A stretch of 64,000 bases of DNA from Verrucomicrobiota bacterium. GTDB lineage: Bacteria; Verrucomicrobiota; Verrucomicrobiia; Limisphaerales; SIBE01. Below are positions 18,089-27,672 of this stretch, piece by piece. Each line of letters starts with the position of its first letter. Within the stretch, counting starts at the first letter, position 1. The stretch covers positions 81,434 through 145,433 of the forward strand of contig VHDE01000001.1 of NCBI GenBank assembly GCA_016871515.1. Direction: 5' to 3'. The notes beneath the pieces were generated by a model. It was given only the letters and a program-made list of their open reading frames with translations. It did not search any database and had not been told where the DNA came from. Made by a program: the position numbers and the translations under genes.

Positions 18089-21000
18089 TCATCTCAAACT
18101 CTGCAAGAACGCGAGCAGGTCGCGGAATTCGTCACGTGTGAGCGCGTTGTCGAGGCCTTCGGGCATGAGCGAAACGCTGGAGCGTTTGAGTTCTTGAATG
18201 TCTTCCTTTCGCAAAGAGGTTTCGGCTCCACTTGCGTCTCGCAGCACCAATGCATCGCCGGTTTGCCGGGCAATCACGCCATCCAATTCACGTCCATCCT
18301 TTAAGACGGCCGAGTGGCGCTCGTAACTTTGAGCCAGGGTTGAACTCGGAAAAACAATCGATTCGATGAGGTCGCGCCCCGAACGAATCGCGCCGATTTT
18401 GGTTAAGTCCGGGCCGACGAGTCCACCGTGATGGCCGACGCGATGGCACGTGGAACAAGCGGCCTTCGCTCCAAGGAACACGGTTCGTCCGCGGGTTTCA
18501 TCGCCATCCTTGAGCAGTGGCTCGAACGCGGCCAATCGTTGGCTTTCTTCGCCGCGCCGCTTGTTCAGGAATTCGGCAAGTGCATCCGCTTTCGGTTGGA
18601 AACCCGCGCTGCGAGCTCGCGAAACAATTTTTTGCAGTTCTTCATCGGCTGGCCGCCATCCGCGGTTCACCGAATCCCTGAAGTAATCAACCACGGACGC
18701 AAACTGGTCTGGGGAAGCGTCCAGCAAACTCGCCAGCAGCGCGGAGGGTGACACTAGAGTATTTCCGCGAATCTTAGTGAGCAGCGGTTTCAATTGATTG
18801 TCCTTTAGGCGTGAGCGTCCAAGCACTTCGGCGGCGGTGAGTTGAGAGGCAGGACTTGCCTCCGGTCCGACATGTTCGAGAAGAAACTGAAAACGCGTGT
18901 CTGGTAGACCCGCTTGCCGGGTAACAAGCACGCGCAAGGCCTCGAGCCGAAGTGTGGCACTGGCCTGTTCATCATCCACAATCCGAGCGAGCGGTTCGTC
19001 CAGAACCGGCGCCGGCCAAGAACGAGCCAACTGGATGCCTAGCAGTCGAATCCGTTCGGAGGAATGCTCCAGCGCTTGCGCGATGGCGGCATTCCAGGGC
19101 GGCGGGAGTTGACGCAAACTTACGTCCGCCAGGCATTCTAGCAGGAATTGGAGACGCTTGGGAGGAAGGCGCCGATTGAAGATTTCACTGACAAGCTGCT
19201 GCATAGAACTCTGCGATTGAAAAGCCACAATGAGGTTGCGGGCAGCCTCCAAATCTTCGGGAGCAAGGTTGTCTTGGGTGAGGCGCGCGCGAACTAAGCC
19301 GATCGCGTGCTCAACCCATTCCGGATGTTTTTGGAGAATTTGCAGAGCCGTCTTGCGCAGCTCCGAATCCATCGCCGAGACGCGTTCGAGGACCGCAGTC
19401 GCTTCGAGCAGTTTGCCGTGCCGTTGATCGAGCAGCAACAGAGCTGCCTTTTGCACACGCGGGTGCTGGTGACGGAGAGCCAATTTCAGCGCTGCATCGG
19501 CGGCCACGGCGTGGGCTGTGTAGATTAACGCGTGCTCAAGAATTCGGTCCGGGCTCCCATCGGCCAGCGCCGACCAAATAGCTGGCAGCGAATTCTCGTT
19601 TCCGCAATGCGCGAGGCTCTGCGCCGCGGCGAGACGAACGTTCATATTTGTGGTATTAAGGAGGGCGTGCAACTGCGGCGCCGCTTCCCGGTCTTTTCGC
19701 AGAGCCAGCGCCTGCGCCGCGAGGCTGGCCAAAGCAGGTTTATGATTCGCCAATGCGCGGCGGAGGATGGCGCCGGCTGCGCCATCGCGAATAGTTGCGA
19801 TTAACCAGAGAGCGTGTTGCTGGGACGTTAGATTGGCCGAGTTCTCGAGGAGCGATGTGAGCGGACTTAACGCGCCGGCCGCACGCGGTTCGAGCAGATG
19901 CTGCGCGCGTTCGCGCACGGCGGGACGGACATCGTTCAGCAGCTTTACGAGTTCGGCTGGCGATAAAGTGGCCCACTTGATCTGCCGGCCCCAAGGATCG
20001 GAAATTGATGTGGGCGCGTCGTGCCAGACGCGGTAAATTCCGCCTGGCGCTTTCGAACTGCGAATCTTTCCGGTCGGACAATGTTGAACGTACCAACCGC
20101 CCGTATCGACGATTAGCAAACTGCCATCGGCATCTTCGAGAACATCGGACGGATGAAAATCTGGATCGTCACTGCTGACGAACTCAAAGTCTTCCGCTCG
20201 ATACGTCGCGCCGTCGGGGATCAAGACGTGCCGGCCGACTTTCCGCGAATTGTGTTGCGCGGTGTAGAGATTCTCGCGCATTGATGGCGGAAAGTTCCGG
20301 CCGCGATACAGAGTCATTCCACTCAGCGCGACGGCGGGATAAAGGGCAATCGCCGGGAGATAATCTCCGGTGTTCACCGAATTGGTCCCCTTATCACGGT
20401 CCAGTGGATAACGACCGCCTTCGACGAGATGAACCAATGCATCACGAACGCCCCCGTTCGGGAGTTGAAACCAATTATCGGCACCGATGATGTTTCCGTT
20501 CGGCGTGAAGACGACTTCGACGAGATTCTCGAATCCGCGGCAGAGTACTTCTGGCTCGGTTCCATCAGGTTGGCAGCGGATCAGAGCGCCGGATGTTCCC
20601 GAAAGGAGAGTTCCATCGGCTCGCCGCAAACGGTAGCCGTCCGGACTGCCCATCGTCATATAGAGCAAACTGTCGGGGCCGAAGATCAAGCCATGCAAGC
20701 TGCCGTTATCTTTGTGCCCGAACCCGCTCAGGATGACCTTCCGTGACTCGGCGACCTTATCTCCGTCGTGATCTTCGTAAACGACCAAGTCCGGGGGATC
20801 AGCCACATACAATTTGCCGGTGCGCCAAGCGAGCCCCATTGGAAAAACCAGTTTATCTACATAAACGCTGGATCGTTCGAAACGCCCGTCGCCATCTTCG
20901 TCTTCGAGCAAGCGCACTCGGCAATTCCTCGATTGCGCTTCCAATTCGGCGTACAAATCGCCACCCGACGACTCCGTGACAAAGAGGCGTCCGCGTTCGT

Positions 21001-21166
21001 CGAATACAGCGAACATTGGAAAAACAACCTCTGGGTGGCCCGCGACTTTTTCGATGGCGAAGCCCCGCGGGACCTGGTGCTTCGTCTCAAGGAATGGCGC
21101 GCCGCCAACTCGATGTACGCAGAGACAAAGGAGGGCGACGACGATCGGACAGGAACGGCGAGCCAT
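18089..21166 (-). CDS. Multidomain redox protein: beta-propeller 'membrane-bound dehydrogenase'-like domain, HEAT repeats, C-terminal c-type cytochrome
   Basis: Signal peptide from the ATG at 21166 (MARRSCPIVVALLCLCV). The N-terminal propeller region resembles the Pirellula/Verrucomicrobium dehydrogenase N-domain. It has long Ala/Leu-rich HEAT-like repeats and CSTCHRVGHHGGLVGPDLTKIG with a later LMPEGL. Confidence 0.8.
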   Translation of the reverse strand: MARRSCPIVVALLCLCVHRVGGAPFLETKHQVPRGFAIEKVAGHPEVVFPMFAVFDERGRLFVTESSGGDLYAELEAQSRNCRVRLLEDEDGDGRFERSSVYVDKLVFPMGLAWRTGKLYVADPPDLVVYEDHDGDKVAESRKVILSGFGHKDNGSLHGLIFGPDSLLYMTMGSPDGYRLRRADGTLLSGTSGALIRCQPDGTEPEVLCRGFENLVEVVFTPNGNIIGADNWFQLPNGGVRDALVHLVEGGRYPLDRDKGTNSVNTGDYLPAIALYPAVALSGMTLYRGRNFPPSMRENLYTAQHNSRKVGRHVLIPDGATYRAEDFEFVSSDDPDFHPSDVLEDADGSLLIVDTGGWYVQHCPTGKIRSSKAPGGIYRVWHDAPTSISDPWGRQIKWATLSPAELVKLLNDVRPAVRERAQHLLEPRAAGALSPLTSLLENSANLTSQQHALWLIATIRDGAAGAILRRALANHKPALASLAAQALALRKDREAAPQLHALLNTTNMNVRLAAAQSLAHCGNENSLPAIWSALADGSPDRILEHALIYTAHAVAADAALKLALRHQHPRVQKAALLLLDQRHGKLLEATAVLERVSAMDSELRKTALQILQKHPEWVEHAIGLVRARLTQDNLAPEDLEAARNLIVAFQSQSSMQQLVSEIFNRRLPPKRLQFLLECLADVSLRQLPPPWNAAIAQALEHSSERIRLLGIQLARSWPAPVLDEPLARIVDDEQASATLRLEALRVLVTRQAGLPDTRFQFLLEHVGPEASPASQLTAAEVLGRSRLKDNQLKPLLTKIRGNTLVSPSALLASLLDASPDQFASVVDYFRDSVNRGWRPADEELQKIVSRARSAGFQPKADALAEFLNKRRGEESQRLAAFEPLLKDGDETRGRTVFLGAKAACSTCHRVGHHGGLVGPDLTKIGAIRSGRDLIESIVFPSSTLAQSYERHSAVLKDGRELDGVIARQTGDALVLRDASGAETSLRKEDIQELKRSSVSLMPEGLDNALTRDEFRDLLAFLQSLR

Positions 21167-21269
21167 GGCCCGACTGTAGTGGCAGCACCGCCTCCGATCA
21201 AGCGGAGGCGAGGAATTGAGTCGGATTGGGCCCGTCTCGGCGCCACCACTGCTCAAACAGGTGTTTGGT

Positions 21270-21521
21270 CATAGCGCAGAGTTCTGCTTGGCCATATCGC
21301 AGCCAATCAGCCGCTCTTCGTTTGGCGCAAGAGTGCAGGAGTTCACAGTTGCAGCGCCCCTCCCCATGAACCTGCAGGCATGTAGTCCCGCCTTTAGGCG
21401 GCTAAGCCGGGACTACATGCCGCAACGCCAGGTTCATCGGCGCCATGCGTGAAAATCTGTTTCGGAGAAGTAACCCTCTCCCTAAGGATTGGCGATACAG
21501 CAGAGTGAAACTCTGCGCTAC
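21270..21521. repeat. Composite 252-nt MITE/REP-like element
   Basis: The degenerate left terminal repeat (ATAGCGCAGAGTTCTGC...) and the intact right one (GCGATACAGCAGAGTGAAACTCTGCGCTAC) enclose an ATGAACC...GGTTCAT hairpin element with the stem GCATGTAGTCCCG/CGGGACTACATGC. Confidence 0.85.
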
Positions 21522-21531
21522 GAGGCGAAAA

Positions 21532-21834
21532 TCAGATTTCGAAATCGAACACAACGACCGACTCAACGTGGGGCAGGATGAGCGCTTTGACTCTTTCGTG
21601 TTCCGCATGCGGAAGGTAGGCATCTCGGGCGGCCGCATCATGAAAGGTCATGATAAAACCATGGGTGTAACCTTGGTTTAGGTTTTCCGGGCTGGAGTTC
21701 TTACCGGATACATAATCCTCGATGCCGGGAATAGACTCGGTGATATCCATAATCTCGTCGAAGAACTTCTCGATCTGTTCTTCGGACGTTCCATCCTTAA
21801 ATTTGAGGAGCGCTATATGTTTAACTTTTGCCAT
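21532..21834 (-). CDS. Dabb-family stress-responsive alpha/beta-barrel protein
   Basis: MAKVKHIALLKFKDGTSEEQIEKF...GYTHGFIMTFHDAAARDAYLPHAEHERV is the typical Dabb pattern. Confidence 0.8.
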   Translation of the reverse strand: MAKVKHIALLKFKDGTSEEQIEKFFDEIMDITESIPGIEDYVSGKNSSPENLNQGYTHGFIMTFHDAAARDAYLPHAEHERVKALILPHVESVVVFDFEI

Positions 21835-21896
21835 AAGAGTCTTCATCTCCAACGATGAGGTGACGCGGGCCGCCAATGCATTGATGAGGTGACGAA

Positions 21897-22445
21897 TTAC
21901 TTTGCGCCCAGCGCGCCTTCGATTGCAGAAATCACTTCCGGCGCATCCGGTGCAACCTTCGGCTCGAATCTCTTGATTATCTTTCCGTCACGTCCGATCA
22001 GGAATTTGCCGAAGTTCCATTGGATATCGCCCGGGTAAGGGGAGTCCTTCCCCGTCAAAGCTCCGAAGAGTGGATGCTGCCCCGCACCTTTCACGTGCAC
22101 TTTATCGAAAAGCGGAAAGGAAACATTGTACTTAGTGGAGCAGAACGTCTTAATTTCCTCGTTTGTGCCGGGTTCCTGCTGGCCAAAATCGTTGCAAGGA
22201 AATCCAAGGACCTTGAAGCCCTTTGCGTTGTACTTCGTATGCGTGGCTTGCAGCGATTTGTACTGCGGTGTCAAACCACACTGCGAAGCAACGTTGACGA
22301 CAAGCAAGACCTGTCCTTTGTAGGGCTTCAACGAGGTCTCCTTGCCGTTAATGTCCTTGAGTGAAATGTCGTACAGTGATGGCATAGTCTCAGCAATCGC
22401 GAATTGACTGACCCACAGAGCGCAGAGCAAAGCAAAAGTTCTCAT
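21897..22445 (-). CDS. gpx: Glutathione peroxidase (Cys-type), secreted
   Basis: VNVASQCGLTPQY, FPCNDFGQQEP and WNFGKFL motifs. The signal peptide MRTFALLCALWVSQFAIA starts at the ATG at 22445. Confidence 0.9.
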   Translation of the reverse strand: MRTFALLCALWVSQFAIAETMPSLYDISLKDINGKETSLKPYKGQVLLVVNVASQCGLTPQYKSLQATHTKYNAKGFKVLGFPCNDFGQQEPGTNEEIKTFCSTKYNVSFPLFDKVHVKGAGQHPLFGALTGKDSPYPGDIQWNFGKFLIGRDGKIIKRFEPKVAPDAPEVISAIEGALGAK

Positions 22446-22576
22446 GGCCGCGATTATGGTTAAAGGCACGACCTTGTCAACCGTCGCGATCCGTCGCGAT
22501 TGGGATATAAGACTTTCGGTCAGGGAACGTGGCGCGTTTCCATGCCGGATCTCGCGACCGTGCTGGCACGAGCGAC

Positions 22577-22804
22577 AACACGCTGGTCTTCGCGGGCACA
22601 GCCGAAGCAAGCAGCGCGGTTTCGGTGACCCTGACCGCCACGATCAGCGTGATGGACCAGACGATCGGCGCGACGGGGAGCGATCGGTTGGCGGTGGTGG
22701 TGTCAGCGGCAGCGGCGAGCAAGCTGGTGTTTTCTGGGGCGAGTTCGAGCACGGCGGGTGTCAACTCCAGCAGCATCACTGTGACGATCGCCAAGGATGC
22801 GAAG
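22577..22804 (+). pseudogene. Possible fragment of an Ig-like-repeat surface protein
   Basis: There are two partial units of the ..KLVF.G....AG....ITVT..D.. type seen in large adhesins, with no start context and no continuation. Confidence 0.25.
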
Positions 22805-23075
22805 ATAAGACCATCGCCAAAGTTTCTTTGCGTTCTTCGCGATCTTGGTGTTAGCCAGAGGCCGCGGTCCAGACATGTGCATCCGAACGAGCGCAAGGTT
22901 GATGAAATCGGCGGTTCGAGCCTGAATTCGACTTTCGAGCGTCCGATCGGAGGTGCTCGACGACGAGAACGCGGCAGCGGCGACCGCAAGTTTGCCCTAC
23001 GAGAGGCTCGGCGCTAGGAGAGAGTTGTGGCGGCGGGCGAGAGTTGCGCTTCGGCGTTGGCGAATACCGTGACCT

Positions 23076-24080
23076 CTAATGCGCCGAAGGTTTAGAAGGG
23101 GTGAGCAATCGACCGGTTGCAGCTTCCCAAACTTTAATTTCTCCCGACCAATCGCCGGTAGCAAGCGTGCGGCCATCCGGACTTATCGCCAATGCATAAA
23201 TCCAATCGTCGTGAGCTTGCCATTGCCTGAGGATCGCATCGCTCTCGGAATCGATGACGCGCACGATTCCCTCTTTGCCTGCCGAAAACAACTGCGCGCC
23301 ATCGCGGCTGTAAACGAGCGCAAAGATTGGCCCTTGATGATGCCGGACAATGCGCACCATCCGCCCAATTTCGGGCTGCCAAACGCGCACGGTGTGATCA
23401 TCGCTGCCGGTTGCGCAGAAGGCAGGGCGCGCTTCTCCGCCGAACTCCGAACCTAAGGGTCGAAAGGCGAGGCAATGAACAATCGCCGTATGGTGACTGA
23501 ACGAACGCAACAGCTTTCCTGTGGGTATCTCCCAAACCTTCACCGATCGGTCGGCGCTTGTCGAAACGGCGAGCCGTCCATCCGGGCTGAACGCAACGGC
23601 CAAGACCGGGCCAGCATGACCAGCCATTGACTGCATCGCCACTGATCGTCCTCGCTCACCAATCTTGAACAACTCAACGTTCCCGTCGCTTCCTGCCGCC
23701 GCCATATATTGCGAATCTGGACTGAACGAAACGCTGTTCACCAAATCCGAGCGATTTGTCGCCTGGAACAAGATGGTGTTCGCCCCCCATTGAGTAAGTT
23801 GGACGCCCCCGACGGCGCCGGGGACTCCACCAGCAATCGCCAGGAAATGTCCCTCACGGCCAAACGAGATCGACGAAACACGTGGCAAAACGCATGGCAA
23901 CGCCCATTGCCGCGATCCGTCTTTGACGGAATAGCCCACTACGGAGCCCGGCCCGGAAGCTGTGAGAGTATTGCCATCCGGCGAGAAGGTTAACGCGGTG
24001 ATTGGCAAACGCCGGGAAGCCGGCTGCCCAAACAGCACTTCGCAACTCAAAAACGAAACAAAAAGAATCAGCCACCTCAC
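23076..24080 (-). CDS. Secreted WD40-repeat beta-propeller protein
   Basis: The GTG start overlaps the upstream stop (GTGA at 24077-24080). It has a signal peptide (MRWLILFVSFLSCEVLFG) and about 7 WD40 units (SPDG..LA..G.D..V.VW). Confidence 0.85.
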   Translation of the reverse strand: MRWLILFVSFLSCEVLFGQPASRRLPITALTFSPDGNTLTASGPGSVVGYSVKDGSRQWALPCVLPRVSSISFGREGHFLAIAGGVPGAVGGVQLTQWGANTILFQATNRSDLVNSVSFSPDSQYMAAAGSDGNVELFKIGERGRSVAMQSMAGHAGPVLAVAFSPDGRLAVSTSADRSVKVWEIPTGKLLRSFSHHTAIVHCLAFRPLGSEFGGEARPAFCATGSDDHTVRVWQPEIGRMVRIVRHHQGPIFALVYSRDGAQLFSAGKEGIVRVIDSESDAILRQWQAHDDWIYALAISPDGRTLATGDWSGEIKVWEAATGRLLTPSKPSAH

Positions 24081-25432
24081 ACTAACTCGGAAATGAAACT
24101 TCCTTCCGCCATAATCTTCAGCGGCCGATTTCCACTCGCCAGATATTCTTTGATCGGATCGACTCCAAGTAGTTTGAGAATGGTAAAGGCCGCGTCCTCA
24201 GGCCGCACCGGCCGCTCAACAGGCACCTCACCGTAAGCATCGGTAGCGCCGATCACCTGACCACCACGCACACCACCCCCAGCGAAGCAGACTGAACCAG
24301 CACGAGGCCAATGATCGCGTCCACCCAAACTGTTCAATTTCGGCGTGCGCCCAAATTCGCCCATCAACACAACCAGCGTCGTTTCGAGCAAGCCGCGTTC
24401 TTTCAAATCCGTCAGCAACCCGGAATACGCTCGATCCAACGCCGGCAGCTTGCCGCTGCCAGGGAAAAACGCATCCGGCAGCGCCTTGAAAATCTGTTGA
24501 TGCGTGTCCCAACCAGTATCCACCACTGTCACAAAACGCGCCCCCGCCTCGACCAACCGCCTCGCCAACAAACAGCCCGTGCCGATGCGGCTGCGTCCGT
24601 ACCGGTCGCGATTCGCGGCGCTTTCGCCGGACAGATTGAACGCGGCCTTCGCTTGAGGAGAGGTAATCAGTCGATAAGCCTGTTCGTAAAAAGCATCGCG
24701 GCTTTGCGTGGAAGGCCCTTCTTCGATCGCGCGCGAAAAATCGTCAATGCTCTTCAGCATGCTTTGACGACGTTGTGTTCGGTCAAAACTGACGCCTTCC
24801 GGCGCATCGAGATCGCGGACTTTATAATCACCGCGGGAGGGGTCGCCGCCAACGCTAAACGGCGCATAAGCGCCTGGCAAGTAGCCAGCCTTTGCGGCGC
24901 CTGAATCGCCGCCCACCCCGTCGTTTGGTATGGCCAAATATGGCGGCATCGCTCTGGCAAAGCCGGTCTCATGCGCGACGATGCTGCCGAGACTCGGATA
25001 GTTGACCGCCGGAGTTGGGCGATGACCGGTCAACAGATAACGCGCCCCGGTGTCATGATTGCCTAATTCGTGAGTGAGCGAACGAATCAACGCCACGTCT
25101 TGCATCACCTTGGCTGTGCGGGGCAAATGCTCGCAAATCTGAATGCCGCTCGCGCTTGTCGAGATGGGTTTGAAGTCACCACGAATTTCGTGTGGGGCAT
25201 CCGGTTTCAGGTCGAACATCTCGAGATGGCTCGGACCGCCATCCAGCCAGATGAGAATGCAGGAATTGTCCTTCGGAGACCGAACACGTCGTGCCGAATC
25301 CCCCGCGACTGCTTGAAATCGGAACATGTCAGCGAGGCTCACGCCCAGGCACGAGAGCGTACCCAAGTGCAGGAAATCGCGACGGCTTATTCCATCGCAG
25401 CGGCAATCACGCTGTTTTAGTTTTGTTTTCAT
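24077..25432 (-). CDS. DUF1501 domain protein, Tat-type signal
   Basis: ATG at 25432. SRRDFLHLGTLSCLGVSLA signal; LMGEFGRTPK and GGRDHWPRAGSVCFAGGG blocks. Confidence 0.9.
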   Translation of the reverse strand: MKTKLKQRDCRCDGISRRDFLHLGTLSCLGVSLADMFRFQAVAGDSARRVRSPKDNSCILIWLDGGPSHLEMFDLKPDAPHEIRGDFKPISTSASGIQICEHLPRTAKVMQDVALIRSLTHELGNHDTGARYLLTGHRPTPAVNYPSLGSIVAHETGFARAMPPYLAIPNDGVGGDSGAAKAGYLPGAYAPFSVGGDPSRGDYKVRDLDAPEGVSFDRTQRRQSMLKSIDDFSRAIEEGPSTQSRDAFYEQAYRLITSPQAKAAFNLSGESAANRDRYGRSRIGTGCLLARRLVEAGARFVTVVDTGWDTHQQIFKALPDAFFPGSGKLPALDRAYSGLLTDLKERGLLETTLVVLMGEFGRTPKLNSLGGRDHWPRAGSVCFAGGGVRGGQVIGATDAYGEVPVERPVRPEDAAFTILKLLGVDPIKEYLASGNRPLKIMAEGSFISELV

Positions 25433-25445
25433 ACTGTTGTTTGCC

Positions 25446-25476
25446 GTAACGCAGAGTTGCACTCTGCTGTATCACC
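25446..25476. repeat. Family hairpin module (GTAACGCAGAGT-TGC-ACTCTGCTGTATCACC) inside a 50-nt intra-operon gap
   Basis: 7-bp core stem with a 3-nt loop. The flanks are identical to the terminal repeats of the composite elements. Confidence 0.85.
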
Positions 25477-25482
25477 ACGAGC

Positions 25483-27672
25483 CTAGTGATTATACGCGAA
25501 CTCGCGAGAATTCAACAACGCCCAGAGCAAGTCCTCAAGTGCCTCCGCGCGGTCTGATGTCGCCACAAGCGTTTCCCATTGCGCCGTCTCATGCGATTCC
25601 GGCGATCGGCCCATCGTCGCGAAATAGAAGCTGGTGATGATTTCCGGCATTGGCCGGTTCGCATCGAGATATTTTGCCACAGCTTGTTTCAACTTCCCGT
25701 TAATTGTTGGCCCGTTGATCAAATGCAATGCCTGTGACAATCCGCCGCCGCTTTGCCCAGCACTTTCGCAAACCGCTTCACGCTCGCAGCGCCCGAAAAC
25801 ATCGAGCGCGTACGACTGGACAGCCGGATCCAGAAGCTGCACCGCGCGCGTTCCCTCCGGATACCCGGAATAATCGCCGGCGATTCCGGTGGCCTGCGAC
25901 ACCGCATCGGCGAGCACCTGAGCACTTAGCGGTTTGGCATAGGCGCTCGCAAACAAGCGATCGTCCAGGCGATTGACTTCATTCGCTCGCGACGACAACT
26001 GGTACGTGCGCGAGGCGGCGATCGTCCGAACAAGCCTTCTCAGATCGTAACCGCCCTTGATAAAGTCGCTCACCAAAGCTTCCAGCAATGCCGGGTTCGA
26101 AGCGGGGTTCGTCACGCGCAAATCGTCCACCGGCTCAATCAGTCCGCGACCCATCAACTCCTTCCACACGCGATTGACCAGCGCACGGCCCAAAGCTCGG
26201 TTCTCATTCGACCTCAACCATTCCGCGAAATGAGCGCGCCGGTCGGAGGGCAGCTCACTCGGTTCACTGGCGCCGAGCGGTTTCGCGTTCATCCGCTGGT
26301 TGGTTTTGGGATGCAGGACTTCGCCATGAGTATTCAGTGAAACAGTCTGGCCATCGACGGTCGTCCGCGCGAAGTACGCGGCGAAGCGGTGATAATCCTC
26401 CTGCGTCCATCGATCCGTCGGATGATTATGGCAACGGGCGCACGCGACTCGAATTCCGAGCAAGGCCCGGCTGGCATAATCCGCCATATCGCGAGGATCC
26501 TGCTTTAACCGATGGAAGTTAGCGGGACCATACTCAGCCGCGTTTCCCTGGGCAGTCAAAAGTTCGCTGACCAATTTATCCAGCGGCGTGTTGCTCGCGA
26601 CGTGACGACGCAGCCAAGAGTAATACGCTCGCGCGGGAGCATCGCCGAGGCGTTTGGAATGAATCAACAGCAAGTCAGCCAGTTTCATCGTCCAAAAATC
26701 GATGAACCCGTCGCTGGCCAGCAGATCGTCGATGACCCGTTCGCGCGCTGCCGCGTCCCTTGGAGAGTTCAGGAACGCGCGCACATCCGCTTCGGTGGGC
26801 AAAGCTCCGATCAGGTCAAGATGAATGCGCCGATAAAATTCGCTGTCATTGCTTAGCGGCGAAGGGGGAAGCCGCAAACGTTTCAACTCCTTTAAGACCC
26901 ACTCATCGACGAGCGTGCGCGTGGCAAATTCGATCTTGTCTAGCGGCGTTTCCTGAAATGGCACGGCGACACGAACGGCCGCGACCTGCCCAGAGTAACG
27001 CACCATAATCGCCGTGACACCGCGGCGTCGCACGGTGACTGCGCCCTGGTTATCTACTTCCGCCAAGCTGTCGTCGTTTGAGCTGTATAACGCCAAGCCG
27101 GAAACCTCTTGTTGGCCGCCATCAGAAAGTAACGCCGTCACGCGGATGCGGAATGTGCTGTTCGTTCGTTCGAGCAAAACATCGCTCGGCTGCACCTCGA
27201 TTCTCTCGACTCGCAAACTCCGGTTGCCGTACGGCGCGCCACTGGCAATCCAATCCGCGATTTTTGCGCAAGCCTCGGAGTCGCGCTTGATTCGCCTTCC
27301 ACCTTCGTGCTCGATTTGCCGTGTCGGCTTAAGCAGCACGAGACTCCGGGCCGGGGTCGCGAGATCGATTCGGCGCCCTTCCAATTCGCGCGTAATTGCT
27401 TCGTAGTCGCTTTCTGGATCGTAACCGAGCAAACTGAGCCGGAAGCCCCCTTGCCCGACCGCCGCTCCGTGGCATGCGCCCGAGTTGCATCCGGCTTTCG
27501 TCAACAGCGGAAGAATTTGCGTGGGAAAATCGAGGCGTCCTATGTTCGGACCGTCGGTAGCACAGGCTGTCAGCACGCCCAGGGAAATGCAGAACGCCGA
27601 GAAGACGCGAGACAGCCAAAACGGTAGTGCGCAACGCTCCGTACGGTTCACGGGGAAGGGCCCAAGGCTCAT
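25483..27672 (-). CDS. DUF1549 / Ig-like (BIG2) / DUF1553 secreted protein with an N-terminal CNSGACH motif
   Basis: The ATG at 27672 overlaps the stop of the upstream gene (ATGA). Features include signal peptide, GCNSGACHGAAVGQGGFRLSLLGYDP, BIG2-like segment (VTALLSDG..EVSGLALYSSNDDSLAEVDNQGAVTV), CARCHNHPTDRW, and a DUF1553-type C-terminus. Confidence 0.85.
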   Translation of the reverse strand: MSLGPFPVNRTERCALPFWLSRVFSAFCISLGVLTACATDGPNIGRLDFPTQILPLLTKAGCNSGACHGAAVGQGGFRLSLLGYDPESDYEAITRELEGRRIDLATPARSLVLLKPTRQIEHEGGRRIKRDSEACAKIADWIASGAPYGNRSLRVERIEVQPSDVLLERTNSTFRIRVTALLSDGGQQEVSGLALYSSNDDSLAEVDNQGAVTVRRRGVTAIMVRYSGQVAAVRVAVPFQETPLDKIEFATRTLVDEWVLKELKRLRLPPSPLSNDSEFYRRIHLDLIGALPTEADVRAFLNSPRDAAARERVIDDLLASDGFIDFWTMKLADLLLIHSKRLGDAPARAYYSWLRRHVASNTPLDKLVSELLTAQGNAAEYGPANFHRLKQDPRDMADYASRALLGIRVACARCHNHPTDRWTQEDYHRFAAYFARTTVDGQTVSLNTHGEVLHPKTNQRMNAKPLGASEPSELPSDRRAHFAEWLRSNENRALGRALVNRVWKELMGRGLIEPVDDLRVTNPASNPALLEALVSDFIKGGYDLRRLVRTIAASRTYQLSSRANEVNRLDDRLFASAYAKPLSAQVLADAVSQATGIAGDYSGYPEGTRAVQLLDPAVQSYALDVFGRCEREAVCESAGQSGGGLSQALHLINGPTINGKLKQAVAKYLDANRPMPEIITSFYFATMGRSPESHETAQWETLVATSDRAEALEDLLWALLNSREFAYNH

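Noticed and set aside
21167-21256. N-terminal extensions given by the ORF track for several genes: 21256, 22610, 25462, 27753, 29554, 34413, 43969, 48564, 54937, 61225 and 475.
   Set aside because: In each case an internal ATG gives a canonical signal peptide or the conserved protein N-terminus. The extension overlaps a repeat or the upstream gene, so the shorter coordinates were used.
22850-22930. tRNA-like GGTTCGA motifs at 22913-22921 and 10586-10594.
   Set aside because: The flanking bases cannot form a T-stem, acceptor stem or anticodon arm. No cloverleaf could be drawn.
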